NCBI GenBank assembly: GCA_964016885.1
Contig: OZ024741.1
Location: forward strand, 36,394,001 to 36,458,000
Reading direction: 5' to 3'
Length of the DNA: 64,000 nt
Source: Eledone cirrhosa
Lineage: Eukaryota
The position numbers and the translations under genes are program-made. The notes beneath the pieces are model-generated. The model saw only the letters and a list, made by a program, of their open reading frames with translations. It ran no database searches and was not told the DNA's origin. Shown piece by piece: positions 54,076 to 64,000 of the stretch (the first letter of the stretch is position 1; every line of letters begins with the position of its first letter).

Positions 54076-54552
54076 CAATGTACAGAGCCACCACAGCTGT
54101 TATTACCATGACAACAGCCACACTTCCACTCCTATTCTAGTTTTGACACAAACCCCAACCCTAACCCACCCTCTTGCCCATAATCTATATAAGCCCCTCC
54201 TACAACCTATACAGCATTAGTGTGTACTCCAGGTGATACATATGTGGCATGTGTGATAGTTGGCTAGGGTAGATTCTCTTAAGTAACAGCTGGTAATAAC
54301 TCTCTTTCTCAAATATTTATTCATATATATATATATATATATATATACTGCTGCATTAGTGCGGCCAAAACTATAATAGTCCGGGAACTATTATAGGCAC
54401 CCGTTTTACGTGTGTTGTATTGAAGCGAATAACTATATGTATACTCTGAGAATGTATCTTACATTGCCTATTGAGTACGCTGAGATACAACCGGTCCTGG
54501 CATTGATAAATATGCTGGGTCCATCAACTCCTTATTATATATATATGTGCCG

Positions 54553-54885
54553 CTCCTTTGTTCTGTCCTACGCCATCTTGGCGTAGGACAGAACAAAGGA
54601 CAGGCACAAAACAAAGAAAAGAATCCCCAGTCACTGAAGAGGTCACAGAATGTGTGACAAAAGAACTTTGACACTATATGAACAAACGTCCGGTTATGGA
54701 ACCAACCAACTAACTGGAAATTTATAAATTCTTAAATTTATAAATTTAATTTATAATAAATTGGAGTGAAAGCAACTAGTGCATGTGTTTCTTATTGGCA
54801 AGATGACCCTCCCAAAGCATGACAATATCGGTTTCAACACACGTTTTCAGATAAAGAATCTTGCTAAACAAATTCAGAAACGAAA
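54553..54885 (+). mobile_element. Penelope-like family B terminal fragment with 5' hairpin, decayed hammerhead (54630-54672, GAAA to AAAA) and ORF start MTLPKHDNIGFNTRFQIKNLAK
   Basis: Homologous to 930-1180; hairpin TCCTTTGTTCTGTCCTACGCCA..TGGCGTAGGACAGAACAAAGGA. Confidence 0.65.
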
Positions 54886-55012
54886 TATATATATATACAT
54901 ATACATATATACGATATTAAACAAATGGAAACTATATTTATAAAACCATATTTATTTCATTATACATATTTCAGGGATACCATATTAAAAATATGGCATG
55001 CCTTCTTCAGAT

Positions 55013-56495
55013 AAGTTTAAGCAAAGAATCGCTGCTTTCACCCTTAACGGGATCTTCTGAAACTAGCAAAGTCAATCTGTAAACGCAGAACTGGATATTT
55101 CAAAAAACGTTGCAACCGGAGGAAGACAGGAAGACGATACTTTGGTTCGTGGTAACGTTCGCTGGCAAAGAACGGGAAAAACGAATAATACGTCATTAAT
55201 AGGAGCGGTGACAAACAATTACGCGCAAAGACAGAACCACGTTTATGGTATAAAAGAGGTCGTAGACTAATGTTCTCTTAGGTGGTGCATAGAGACGTTC
55301 TCTGGCAATGAACGAAAAAACGAAGATAATACGTCATATGTGGAGCGTAGAGAACAATTTCGGCTTGTAAACATAAATTGCACAAAACTTTCCTCTATTA
55401 CAGCCCCACGTTATACCCTAACGGATAGTACGATCTATACGTGGATATTTTACGTCTTGATGTGGGAGCTAAGTATATGTTTTGTTTATTCCTTTACTTA
55501 TTTGCATAGGTAAGTATATATTACCCGTATGTTTTGTGAAGGTACGTATACCTTCTCGTACGTATATTTGATTGGCGTATAATCTTATATTCTGGTACAT
55601 AGAGTTTGGCTATGTGTATACGGGAGTTTTGCGTCTGTGTGAGTATGCAGGTTCGTACGCATGGTGGGTGTGTGTATGTGTACTTCTTGTTTTAGTTAAC
55701 TTACGTCTCCGAACATTCGTGTATTTATATGTAGGTATGTGTGTGCGCTTGTTATATACGTATTTATTTATTTATATACGTTTATATAATTATTTATTTA
55801 TTTGTATACACGCATACACACACACACATATTTATATGTGCGTGGTTTTGTATACCTATGGTAAGGTTTTGCGTATGCTTGTGTATGTACGTATTTGTTT
55901 GCGTGTATGTATTTATTTATTTCTATTATTTCTGTATTGTATTTATTTACTTTGTTCTTAACTCTGTAGCGGAGATTCATTTGGTCTCCTAATTAGAATT
56001 TTAGTCTACGACTTCTGCTATACCTTTTACGTGGTTTTGTCTTTGCGTGCAATTGTTCTCCACGGTCCACATATGACGTTTTTTCGTTCATTGCCAGAGA
56101 ACGTCTCTATGCACCACCTAAGAGAACATTAGTCTACGACCTCTTTTATACCATAAACATGGTTCTGTCTTTGCGCGTAATTGTTTTTCACCGCTCCTAT
56201 TAATGACGTATTCGTTTTTTCCCGTTCTTTGCCAGCGAACGTTTCCACGAAACAAAGTATTGTCTTCCTGTCTTCCTCCAGTTGCAACGTTTTTTGAAAT
56301 ATCCAGTTCTGCGTTTACAGATTGACTTTGCTAGTTTCAGAAGATCCCGTTAAGGGTGAAAGCAGCGATTCTTTGCTTAAACTTTAATCTGTTATTTTAA
56401 TAAATATTTGCTCTACGGTTCTTATATATTTGATATATATTTATCATTATCGAGCCCTCTTTTGATTTTAGTCTTCAAATTTATTATTATTACTA
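55013..56495 (+). mobile_element. Penelope family A truncated copy: inverted pLTR piece (55013-55357), ORF tip, 3' UTR and pLTR
   Basis: Diverged homolog of 49055-50125 and 46445-46956. Confidence 0.92.
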
Positions 56496-56518
56496 TACCT
56501 ATATTTATATACATATAT

Positions 56519-56595
<77 letters not shown>

Positions 56596-57611
56596 TAAAC
56601 GGAATAGAAAATGCTGACAAATTGTTCACAGTTGAAAAATGGTTTAATTAGGAATAAAAGAGTATTAGTGATTGTATGGGTTAGTATTCAGTTGTGGTTT
56701 CAAGTTTTTAAGTTTTTACCGGTTGCGCATTTCTAAATGCTTTTCAAAAATAATTTTGAGATAGAGTGTCCGTGCTCTTTGCTCTGATCTGATTAGTTTT
56801 GGGAATTCTACCTGTTTTTATGTTAAAAAAGTGGCTCCAATTTGCAAAAATTCTTGTGGTCAAAACAATTTTGATTGGTCGGTAGAGGTCATGTGAATGT
56901 AAAAAATTGATTTTGCACCAAGACTGTTTTTACGTTAAAAAAGTGGCTCCAGCAAAAATTATTGTGGTCAAAACAATTTTGATTGGTCGGTAGAGGTCAT
57001 GTGAATAAAAAAATTGGTTTTGCGCCAAGATTGAGAAATGACTCTTTCACAACAAACAGAAAAAATGAATGGAATAACAACAACACCCAAACAAACAACA
57101 CTGACCTAAGAGAAGTATAAATAAATAAATAAATACATACACAAGCGCAATAACAACAAACACATATAAACACACACTAGTAAACTAGGATAGAATACAA
57201 TAACCAATACACAGTCACCCAAACACGAACACACATCAAACAAAACACTATACTCACACGCAAACGCATGCGCATAGAAGACAAAAAAATAAACAAATAA
57301 ACAGACTAAATAAATATGGTGTAAGCATACAATACAACGGGAGGAAACATAATAGCACTGTGGGTATGGTGTGGCGTGCGGTGGCCGGAAGTGGGGTAGT
57401 GCTCGACCGGAAGGGTGCTTGGCCGGAAGGATGCTCGACCGGAAGGGCCAGCAGAGGGCCTCTCTCTAGTGGTGACCAGCAACGGTGTGGACACGAGTTT
57501 GGGCAGCTCCCAGTGTTAAGCAGTTGGACGCACGTGGAAGAGGAGTAACCTGCAGTGGAGTTTAGCGGCGCCTATGAAAAGCGGTAAGTGAGATAGCTTT
57601 TTCTAACCACA

Positions 57612-57623
57612 AGCTATTTCGGC
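57612..57623 (+). other. Atypical primer-binding-site candidate AGCTATTTCGGC
   Basis: Immediately follows the 5' LTR; exact reverse complement of GCCGAAATAGCT, nt 1-12 of metazoan tRNA-Phe(GAA) as recalled; no TGG-type PBS present. Confidence 0.55.
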
Positions 57624-57728
57624 ACTGGAAACAGATCTGATTGGGGAAAAAAAAAAAAAAAAAGCTACTGGAAAAACAGAGAGGAGTCTGTTGTTTTTTT
57701 TATCACGTACCGCAAGGCAAATCAGAAG

Positions 57729-58487
57729 ATGGCGACAAGACTACGAACACGCGAAGCTATCAGGGCATTTACCGGGGAAGGTGATGTTGTCGCTTGGCTG
57801 CGGAAAGTTCGGCTGGTCGCAAGCTTGCAGAAGATAGATGTGGCTGGCCTCATGGCACTGTACCTCGAGGGGGACGCGTTGGTACTCTTCCTTGAGATGG
57901 ACGAACACAACCAAAGAGATGCGCAAAAGATTGAGAGGCGCATGATAGATGCATTCGCTGAGGGACCGTTAGCCGCTTTCGCTAAGCTGACGAGAATTAG
58001 ATGGAATGGTGAGCGCGGCGACATTTTCGCAGCGGAAATACGGCGATTGGCTATGTTGGCTGGATATCAGGTGAAATGCGAACGCACGGTGCGGTTGGCG
58101 TTCATAAATGGATTTCCAGACGACATAGCGGTGAAACTGCAGCAAGTCCCGGGTTACAAAGAAATGGAAATGCGTTTACTGGTGGAACAAGCCCAGATCA
58201 TAGCGGAAGATGCCAAAAAGAGTGTTGCGGTGATAGCAACTACAGAGGCTCAAGACAGCTGGCAGCGAAATGGTGAAAGGGAGGCAACCACAGCACGCGG
58301 TCGCCCGCGAACGTTTAGAGGTCGCTGTTTTCGGTGCCAGGGCCCGCACATGGCTAGAGACTGCAGAGAGTCAAGGCCAGAAATAATATGCTACCGGTGT
58401 AAGCGACCAGGCCACATCGCTACTAATTGCGACCAGGGAAACGATCCAAGGGGAACTACTGCGCCGGTAGTTGCCCCTTACGAGTAG
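57729..58487 (+). CDS. gag: Gag with two CCHC zinc knuckles
   Basis: CFRCQGPHMARDC and CYRCKRPGHIATNC; intact 252-aa ORF. Confidence 0.92.
   Translation: MATRLRTREAIRAFTGEGDVVAWLRKVRLVASLQKIDVAGLMALYLEGDALVLFLEMDEHNQRDAQKIERRMIDAFAEGPLAAFAKLTRIRWNGERGDIFAAEIRRLAMLAGYQVKCERTVRLAFINGFPDDIAVKLQQVPGYKEMEMRLLVEQAQIIAEDAKKSVAVIATTEAQDSWQRNGEREATTARGRPRTFRGRCFRCQGPHMARDCRESRPEIICYRCKRPGHIATNCDQGNDPRGTTAPVVAPYE
58436..58479 (+). promoter_or_regulatory. -1 ribosomal frameshift signal (gag to pol)
   Basis: Slippery G GGA AAC in the gag frame, 5-nt spacer, then stem AAGGGG-AACTAC-TG(CGC)CG-GTAGTT-G-CCCCTT; protease lies in the -1 frame. Confidence 0.85.
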
Positions 58488-61248
58488 CGGCGCTGCCCGT
58501 GGTGGAAGTCTTCGTGAGGGGAAAGCCACAGCGAGCCCTCGTGGACACGGGCTGTACGACGACACTGGTGACCGCGGGGTGGTGGAGAGGGAAGAGCAGC
58601 GTAAGGGCAGTCGACGGCAGGAAAATTGAATGCCGAGGTCGCAGCGAGATGGAAATAGCGGTACGGGGAAGGAAAATAAGGCTTTCTGCCATCGTAGTAG
58701 ACAGCGTGGTGGATGGGATCGGCATGGTTATGGGCATGGACGCAATTGGCCGTCTAGGAGGCGTCACAGTGAACAACGTCGGTGTGTCGTTTGGCGCCGC
58801 TGCATCGGTATGCGCGTTGAGTGCACAACAGGAGAACCAGAAGGCCCACGAGGAGAAATACCCCGCTTACACTGTGCAGGACAAAGACTTCAAGGCCGTG
58901 TTCGATGGTCAGCGATGGGTTGTTGAGTGGTACTGGAAGGGAGAACCACCAACACTGAAGACCAAAGTGGGCTGCTATCAACACACATTGAAGGGAAACA
59001 TTAGGAGCGAGAGGTAGAGAGATGGATTGAGGAGGGCATACTGCTTCCCTGGAAAGAGGAGGTGAAGTGCGGAGTATTGCCGTTAATGGCAGTCGCGCAA
59101 CCCACGAAGAACAACGTGAGGCCGGTGCTGTACTTTCGGGAGCTGAACGAGCACGTGTCATGCCACACGGGTGGCGAGGTGACTGATGTCTGTGGGGAAA
59201 CCCTGCATGAGTGGAGACGCATGACGGGGGGTTCAGCAATCGTAGATCTAAAGTCAGCATACTTGCAATTGCATATAGACGAGAAGCTCTGGCATTATCA
59301 GCTGGTCAGGTATAAAGGCCGGACATATTGCCTGACCAGGCTCGGTTTCGGGCTGAGCTCCGCACCGAAGATCATGGCGGCGGTCCTCAAGACCATTCTG
59401 GGAAAGGCCGACAAGATGAAGAGGGCCACTAACTCCTATATTGACGACATCCTAGTAGACGAGTCTGTGGTGTCGGCGGCGGAGGTCACGAGCCATTTAC
59501 AGGGGTATGGACTGGCTGCGAAGTCGTCAGAAGCGTTGGAGGGAGGAGTCGCTCTGGGACTTAGGCTACGGCGAGACAGGATGGGCGTCTTGGTATTCCA
59601 GAGGGGAAATGAAGTTCCAGAACTGAGCCCAAGTATGAGTAGGCAGGAGCTTTTCTCGGTGTGTGGAAAGTTGGTGGGTCACTACCCGATTGCTGGGTAG
59701 CTCCGGACGGCATGCAGCTATGTCAAGAGACGAGTGGGAGAGAGGACGGTGGCCATGATGCAGGAGATCGTGGGGAGGGTGAAGGCCGACGACCCAGTGC
59801 GGGGACGCTGGTATGTTCCCAAATCACAGAGCCGGACCGTATGGTGCGATGCCAGCAGCATAGCGCTGGGTGTCACGTTGGAGATAGGAGGTGTTGAGGT
59901 CGAGGATGCAGCCTGGCTTAGGAAGAAGGACGACTGCAACCATATCAATGTGGCCGAACTGGACGCGGTGTTGAGAGGGGTGAACCTCGCTCTGAGGTTG
60001 GGACTGCGCACCATCGAGATACGCACCGACTCGGCTACTGTACTCGGATGGGTAAGATCAGTGCTCACCAGTGAGAAGAGAGTGTGAGCGAGAGGGGCGG
60101 CGGAGATGCTGATAAAGCGCCGCCTGGGAACTTTAGGAGAGCTGGCCACCGAGTTCGACCTAAGGCTGAGCGTAGTTTTCGTGCCCTCGGAGAAAAATAG
60201 GGCGGACATCTTAACTAGGGTGAAGAAAGCCTGGATGGAAGCGCCGGAGGAGATAGAAGATGAGATAGCTGCCGTGCGTCGGCTGACCGATTCGGATCTG
60301 AAAGGGTTGCATGACATGCACCACATGGGAGTGGATAGGAGCTTGTTCCTAGCCAGGAGAATCGACTCGGACGTTAACAGACACAGTGTTCAAAGGGTGG
60401 TTAGAGGCTGCGTCCAATGTTAGTCCATTGATCCCGCCCCGGGTGTACACGAAACGGGAAGCCTCCCGGTGGATCGCGACTGGAATCGATTGGCGGTGGA
60501 TGTAACGCACTACCGACAGGGAACGTACCTCTCGATGGTCGACTGTGGACCAGGACGGATGGCGATATGGAGGGAGATGAAGACTGGAACGGCCGAGGAA
60601 ATCATGCGGACGTTGAGAGAGGTGTTCTTGGAGCGGGGCCCTGTGGACGAACTGCTGATGGACAACAGCGCAGCGTTCCGTTCGGAGGCACTGAGGGAGA
60701 TGCTCGATGGATGGAAGGTGGACCGATTCTTCAGAGCGGCGCACATGCCGAGCGGAAATGGAATCGTGGAGCGACACCACCGGACGATCAAGGCAATGGC
60801 GGAGCGGGGCCATATCTCACCAATGGAGGCAGTGTTCTGGTACAACATGTCCCCTCGGGTGGGACAGGTCGAGGAATCGGTGCTACACAGAGCAGTATTC
60901 AGATACGAGTGGCGGCACCCGTGCACGCCACCACAACGGCCAGTGGAGAGAGAGAGTGCATTCGTGCAGGTGGGCGAAGAAGTCTGGGTTAAGCCCCCAG
61001 ATGCACGTTGCACATCTCAATGGGGAAGGGGAACGGTGACGGCCGTAAATTCACAGAACAATGTGTCCGTGGACGGAGTACCACGTCATGTCCTGGATGT
61101 ACGTAGAATCACTGTGTCAACGGACTCCGAGGAAGAGGAAACCCAAAGTGCTGCCCCAACACTACGGAGATCGCAAAGAAGTCGTAAACCACCAACCTGG
61201 ACAGCAGACTTTCATATGCAGAAGGACGAGGGGGAAATTGATCCTTAA
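58443..61248 (+). pseudogene. pol: Pol (protease, RT, RNase H, integrase), disrupted
   Basis: LVDTGC; VDLKSAYLQ, LGFGLSSAP, YIDDI; WCDAS..ELDAV..TDS..ADILTR; HHCC and DVTH..DNS..GIVERHHRT; frameshift near 59010 and stops at 59700, 60087, 60423. Confidence 0.93.
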
Positions 61249-61506
61249 GATCAGGGGGGTATGGTGTGGCGTGCGGTGGCCGGAAGTGGGGGAGTGCTCG
61301 ACCGGAAGGGTGCTTGGCCGGAAGGATGCTCGACCGGAAGGGCCAGCAGAGGGCCTCTCTCTAGTGGTGACCAGCAACAGTGTGGACGCGAGTTTGGGCA
61401 GCTCCCGGTGTTAAGCAGTTGGACGCACGTGGAAGAGGAGTAACCTGCAGTGGAGTTTAGCGGCGCCTATGAAAAGCGGTAAGTGAGATAGCTTTTTCTA
61501 ACCACA

Positions 61507-61808
61507 AGCACCACTGACGATGTTGCAGATGTGCAACGAAAGAACTTTGTTAGACTATATATATGTGTTTCTGTCTATATTATATCTGTATTTTTGACCG
61601 TTGGTCAGTCAATGGTAACATTGAGGTCCGAATAAATTAAATTAACCGATATAAAAGACACAGAAGCGAAAACCAACCAAACAGTGAGTGTGTTCTGTTA
61701 TTAATTCTGGCAATATTATTACACAAATATGACCCTCCCCAAGTATAACAATATTTGTTTCGACACACGATTTCATATCAAAAACCTCGCAAAACTAATT
61801 CATCACCG

Positions 61809-61810
<2 letters not shown>
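61507..61810 (+). mobile_element. Penelope-like family B-related terminus: hammerhead (61512-61560) and ORF start MTLPKYNNICFDTRFHIKNLAK
   Basis: CTGACGA-T-GTTGCA(GATG)TGCAAC-GAAA-GAACTT; ORF start at 61729 matches 953 (-) and 54823 (+). Confidence 0.65.
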
Positions 61811-61851
<41 letters not shown>

Positions 61852-63348
61852 AGAAAAAAGAGAATCAGTGTTGCAACAAAAGGAATTTATTGGACATATT
61901 ACAATTGGTTCTCGGGCGACCAGCTGAAGGCACGATCGATATGGTTATCAAACCTGACTCTGAAATCGCACGGACCTCGGATACATCTCGATTCTACGAA
62001 ACAGATTTTCCTATTATATGGATATGTATATGTAAACATATATATGTATAGTTGACCACAAAAAGATGAAGAGCAAAGTAGACCTTGGTGGGATTTGAAC
62101 TCAGAATGGATAGACCCAAAACAAATATCTAATGCTCGAACAATTCTACCAAATTGACCACCTTATATATGCATATATATTAATATATACAAGAGACCAC
62201 CTCCTATATGCATATATATTAATATATACAAGAATAACTTTGAAAAAAGCACAAAATATCGATAATATTGTCTGGCAATTGCTCGGGCCAACACAAATGC
62301 TAAAAATTAGCTCCTCATTAGGTCCATAAGTCAGCTCAACTAAAATTATAAATGCCAAAGCAGAAATACAAGAATAATTTTGATCACTACACAAGATATC
62401 GATCATATTGTCTGGCAATGGCTTGATGACAAAACATTGAGCTGACTTATGGACCTAATATGGAGCTATTTTTAGCTTTCCTGTTGGCCTGCTCGTGTCC
62501 TTCTGCTTAAGCATCAGTATACATGTACTTTCACAGCTTGTAATTTGATTGCATGACTGATGGCAGAGCTAGTGTATATAGTAGGATGTTGCCTACTGAG
62601 AATAAGCCTATGCTTTGCAGCATAGAGTTATGGCCCTTTACGTTCTGAGTTCAAATCCTGCCGTGGTTAGCTTTGTCTTTCATCCTTAGAAAGTACCAGT
62701 AATGCACTGGGGTCGATATAATCGACTTTCAACTCCCCCAAAATTGCTGGCCTTGTGCCTAAAGTAGAACAATTATTTCTTGTTGACTTGAAACAACTGT
62801 ATAGGCCTTAGGAATCAGTATTTACCATCTTTGTGTAAGTTCATTGCTTACTTTCCTGCTTTTCTAGATATCAATACATGGTCTTAGATATAATCTGTCT
62901 TGAGGTAATTTTAATTGATGTCTGTGAGTACTCAATACCAAAGTAGACTTTAAATATTCATTTATTATGGCTGTGGGGAGCTTTGATACTCACTGGAGTT
63001 TCATCTGTATTGCTTGCAGGTTCATCTGATGATCCTGAGAATGCTCAGAAAAACTCCAGAGGAACAAAGCCTAACACTTAACCATAATAAATGAACATAT
63101 ATATATATCATCATTATCATCATCATTGTTTAACGTCCATCTTCCACGCTAGCATGGGTTAGACGGTTTTGTTCCATTTGATGCGGGAGAGGTCGGGAGA
63201 CCGTGTCTCGCTCGTATGGAAGTGTCTCTGGCAGGTCTTTTACAGCTGGATGCGCGTGTGTTTTTTCCCTACTTTTTTTCTCATTTCTTTCTCGTTCTTT
63301 CTTCTTCTCACTCTTTATCTTTCTATTTATCTTCTGTTTCTAACTCTA

Positions 63349-63384
63349 TCTTCTGATGAACGACTAGTGTCCAAAATGTTAAGA
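63349..63384 (+). ncRNA. Decayed minimal hammerhead
   Basis: TCTT-CTGATGA-AC-GAC(TAGT)GTC-C-AAAA-TG-TT-AAGA, consistent with CpG decay of CGAAACGTT. Confidence 0.5.
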
Positions 63385-63585
63385 CTCTTTTTCTGCTATT
63401 TCAAGCATTAAACTAATATATTTCTTCAATGTGCTGTCGTTTGCTTTGTTATTTCTGTTTATCTTTTACATACATGTATATATTTTTTTTTTTTTCAGTA
63501 TATGTTGGTTGTTTACCAACACCTCAGTATGCAGATTGGAGTACTCGACGAAGTACGCACGTTGGTTTGTTTACTCCAGAGTAAT

Positions 63586-63988
63586 GTAAAATAAGTAAGT
63601 CAAACATGTTAAATTTGGCTTCGTTTATTATAAATTCTCTGCTATATATATTTCAGTGACAGCTATTATTGGCTGTGACCTCATCAGGCAGTCCGAATTA
63701 ATGTGGAAAAGACAGGTAAACATGTTGTTGAAGTGTGTTCCTCTGTCAATTCATCGATATGTCCAGCTCCTGAGTGTGTTGTTAGTCTTCTGAGGAACTG
63801 GAATCATATGATTCCAGTTCATCGGCAGACTAACAACACATTTCAACAACATCTTTACCTGCTTTATCTACGCTAATTCGTACTGCCTGATGAGGTCACA
63901 GCCAATAATAGCTGTCACTGAAATATATATAGCCGAGAATTTATAATAAACGAAGCCAAATTTAACATGTTTGACTTACTTATTTTAT
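63586..63988. repeat. Fold-back Penelope-like terminus with two hammerheads (63633-63699 -, 63875-63941 +)
   Basis: Arms 63586-63739 and 63835-63988; central palindrome 63776-63840; CTGC-CTGATGA-GGTCACAGC(CAATAATA)GCTGTCACT-GAAA-TATATA-TA-GCAG. Confidence 0.85.
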
Positions 63989-64000
63989 ATATATATATAT

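Larger units (their letters stand above)
57359..61506 (+). mobile_element. Full-length Ty3/Gypsy-like LTR retrotransposon (4148 bp), defective
   Basis: TGTGG..CCACA ends; LTRs 57359-57611 and about 61254-61506; 5-bp TSD AGCAC (57354-57358, 61507-61511); purine-rich PPT AAGATCAGGGGGG; order gag-PR-RT-RH-IN. Confidence 0.96.

Noticed and set aside
57722-61443. Long antisense and alternative-frame ORFs over the LTR element, and over RTE and Penelope ORFs
   Set aside because: Shadow ORFs of coding sequence with no motifs
61729-62055. 108-aa ORF as a single gene
   Set aside because: Chimera of a family B ORF start, (TA)n and an unrelated repeat also found at 30385
62990-63070. CTGATGA hammerhead-like core (also at 24124-24130)
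   Set aside because: No consistent GAAA, UH triplet and stem I; at most decayed relics

Overview
Repeat-dense, AT-rich eukaryotic (metazoan) DNA with no confidently identifiable host gene. The repeat content suggests an octopus or other coleoid cephalopod genome; this is inference. Most ORF-track entries are microsatellite or antisense artefacts. The real coding sequence belongs to transposable elements: RTE-clade LINEs with (GAT)n tails and a PHD-like finger inside the RT, a near-intact Naiad-type Penelope-like element (45103-50125), a complete but decaying LTR retrotransposon with 5-bp TSD (57359-61506), a DD37D/maT transposon containing a solo LTR, a pogo remnant, and CR1 and Tx1 fragments. 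Non-autonomous elements include Helitrons, hAT and piggyBac MITEs, two tRNA-derived SINE families and several minisatellites. Four observations stand out: (1) about 11 type I hammerhead ribozyme motifs from several Penelope-like families, one with a fixed non-canonical core (CAGAAGA instead of CUGAnGA, plus a U-U closing pair) in five copies; (2) an LTR element whose primer-binding-site position is complementary to the 5' end, not the 3' end, of tRNA-Phe; (3) two Tx1 LINEs sitting in (GATA)n tracts; (4) (TA)n tracts acting as a sink for element fragments and fold-backs.
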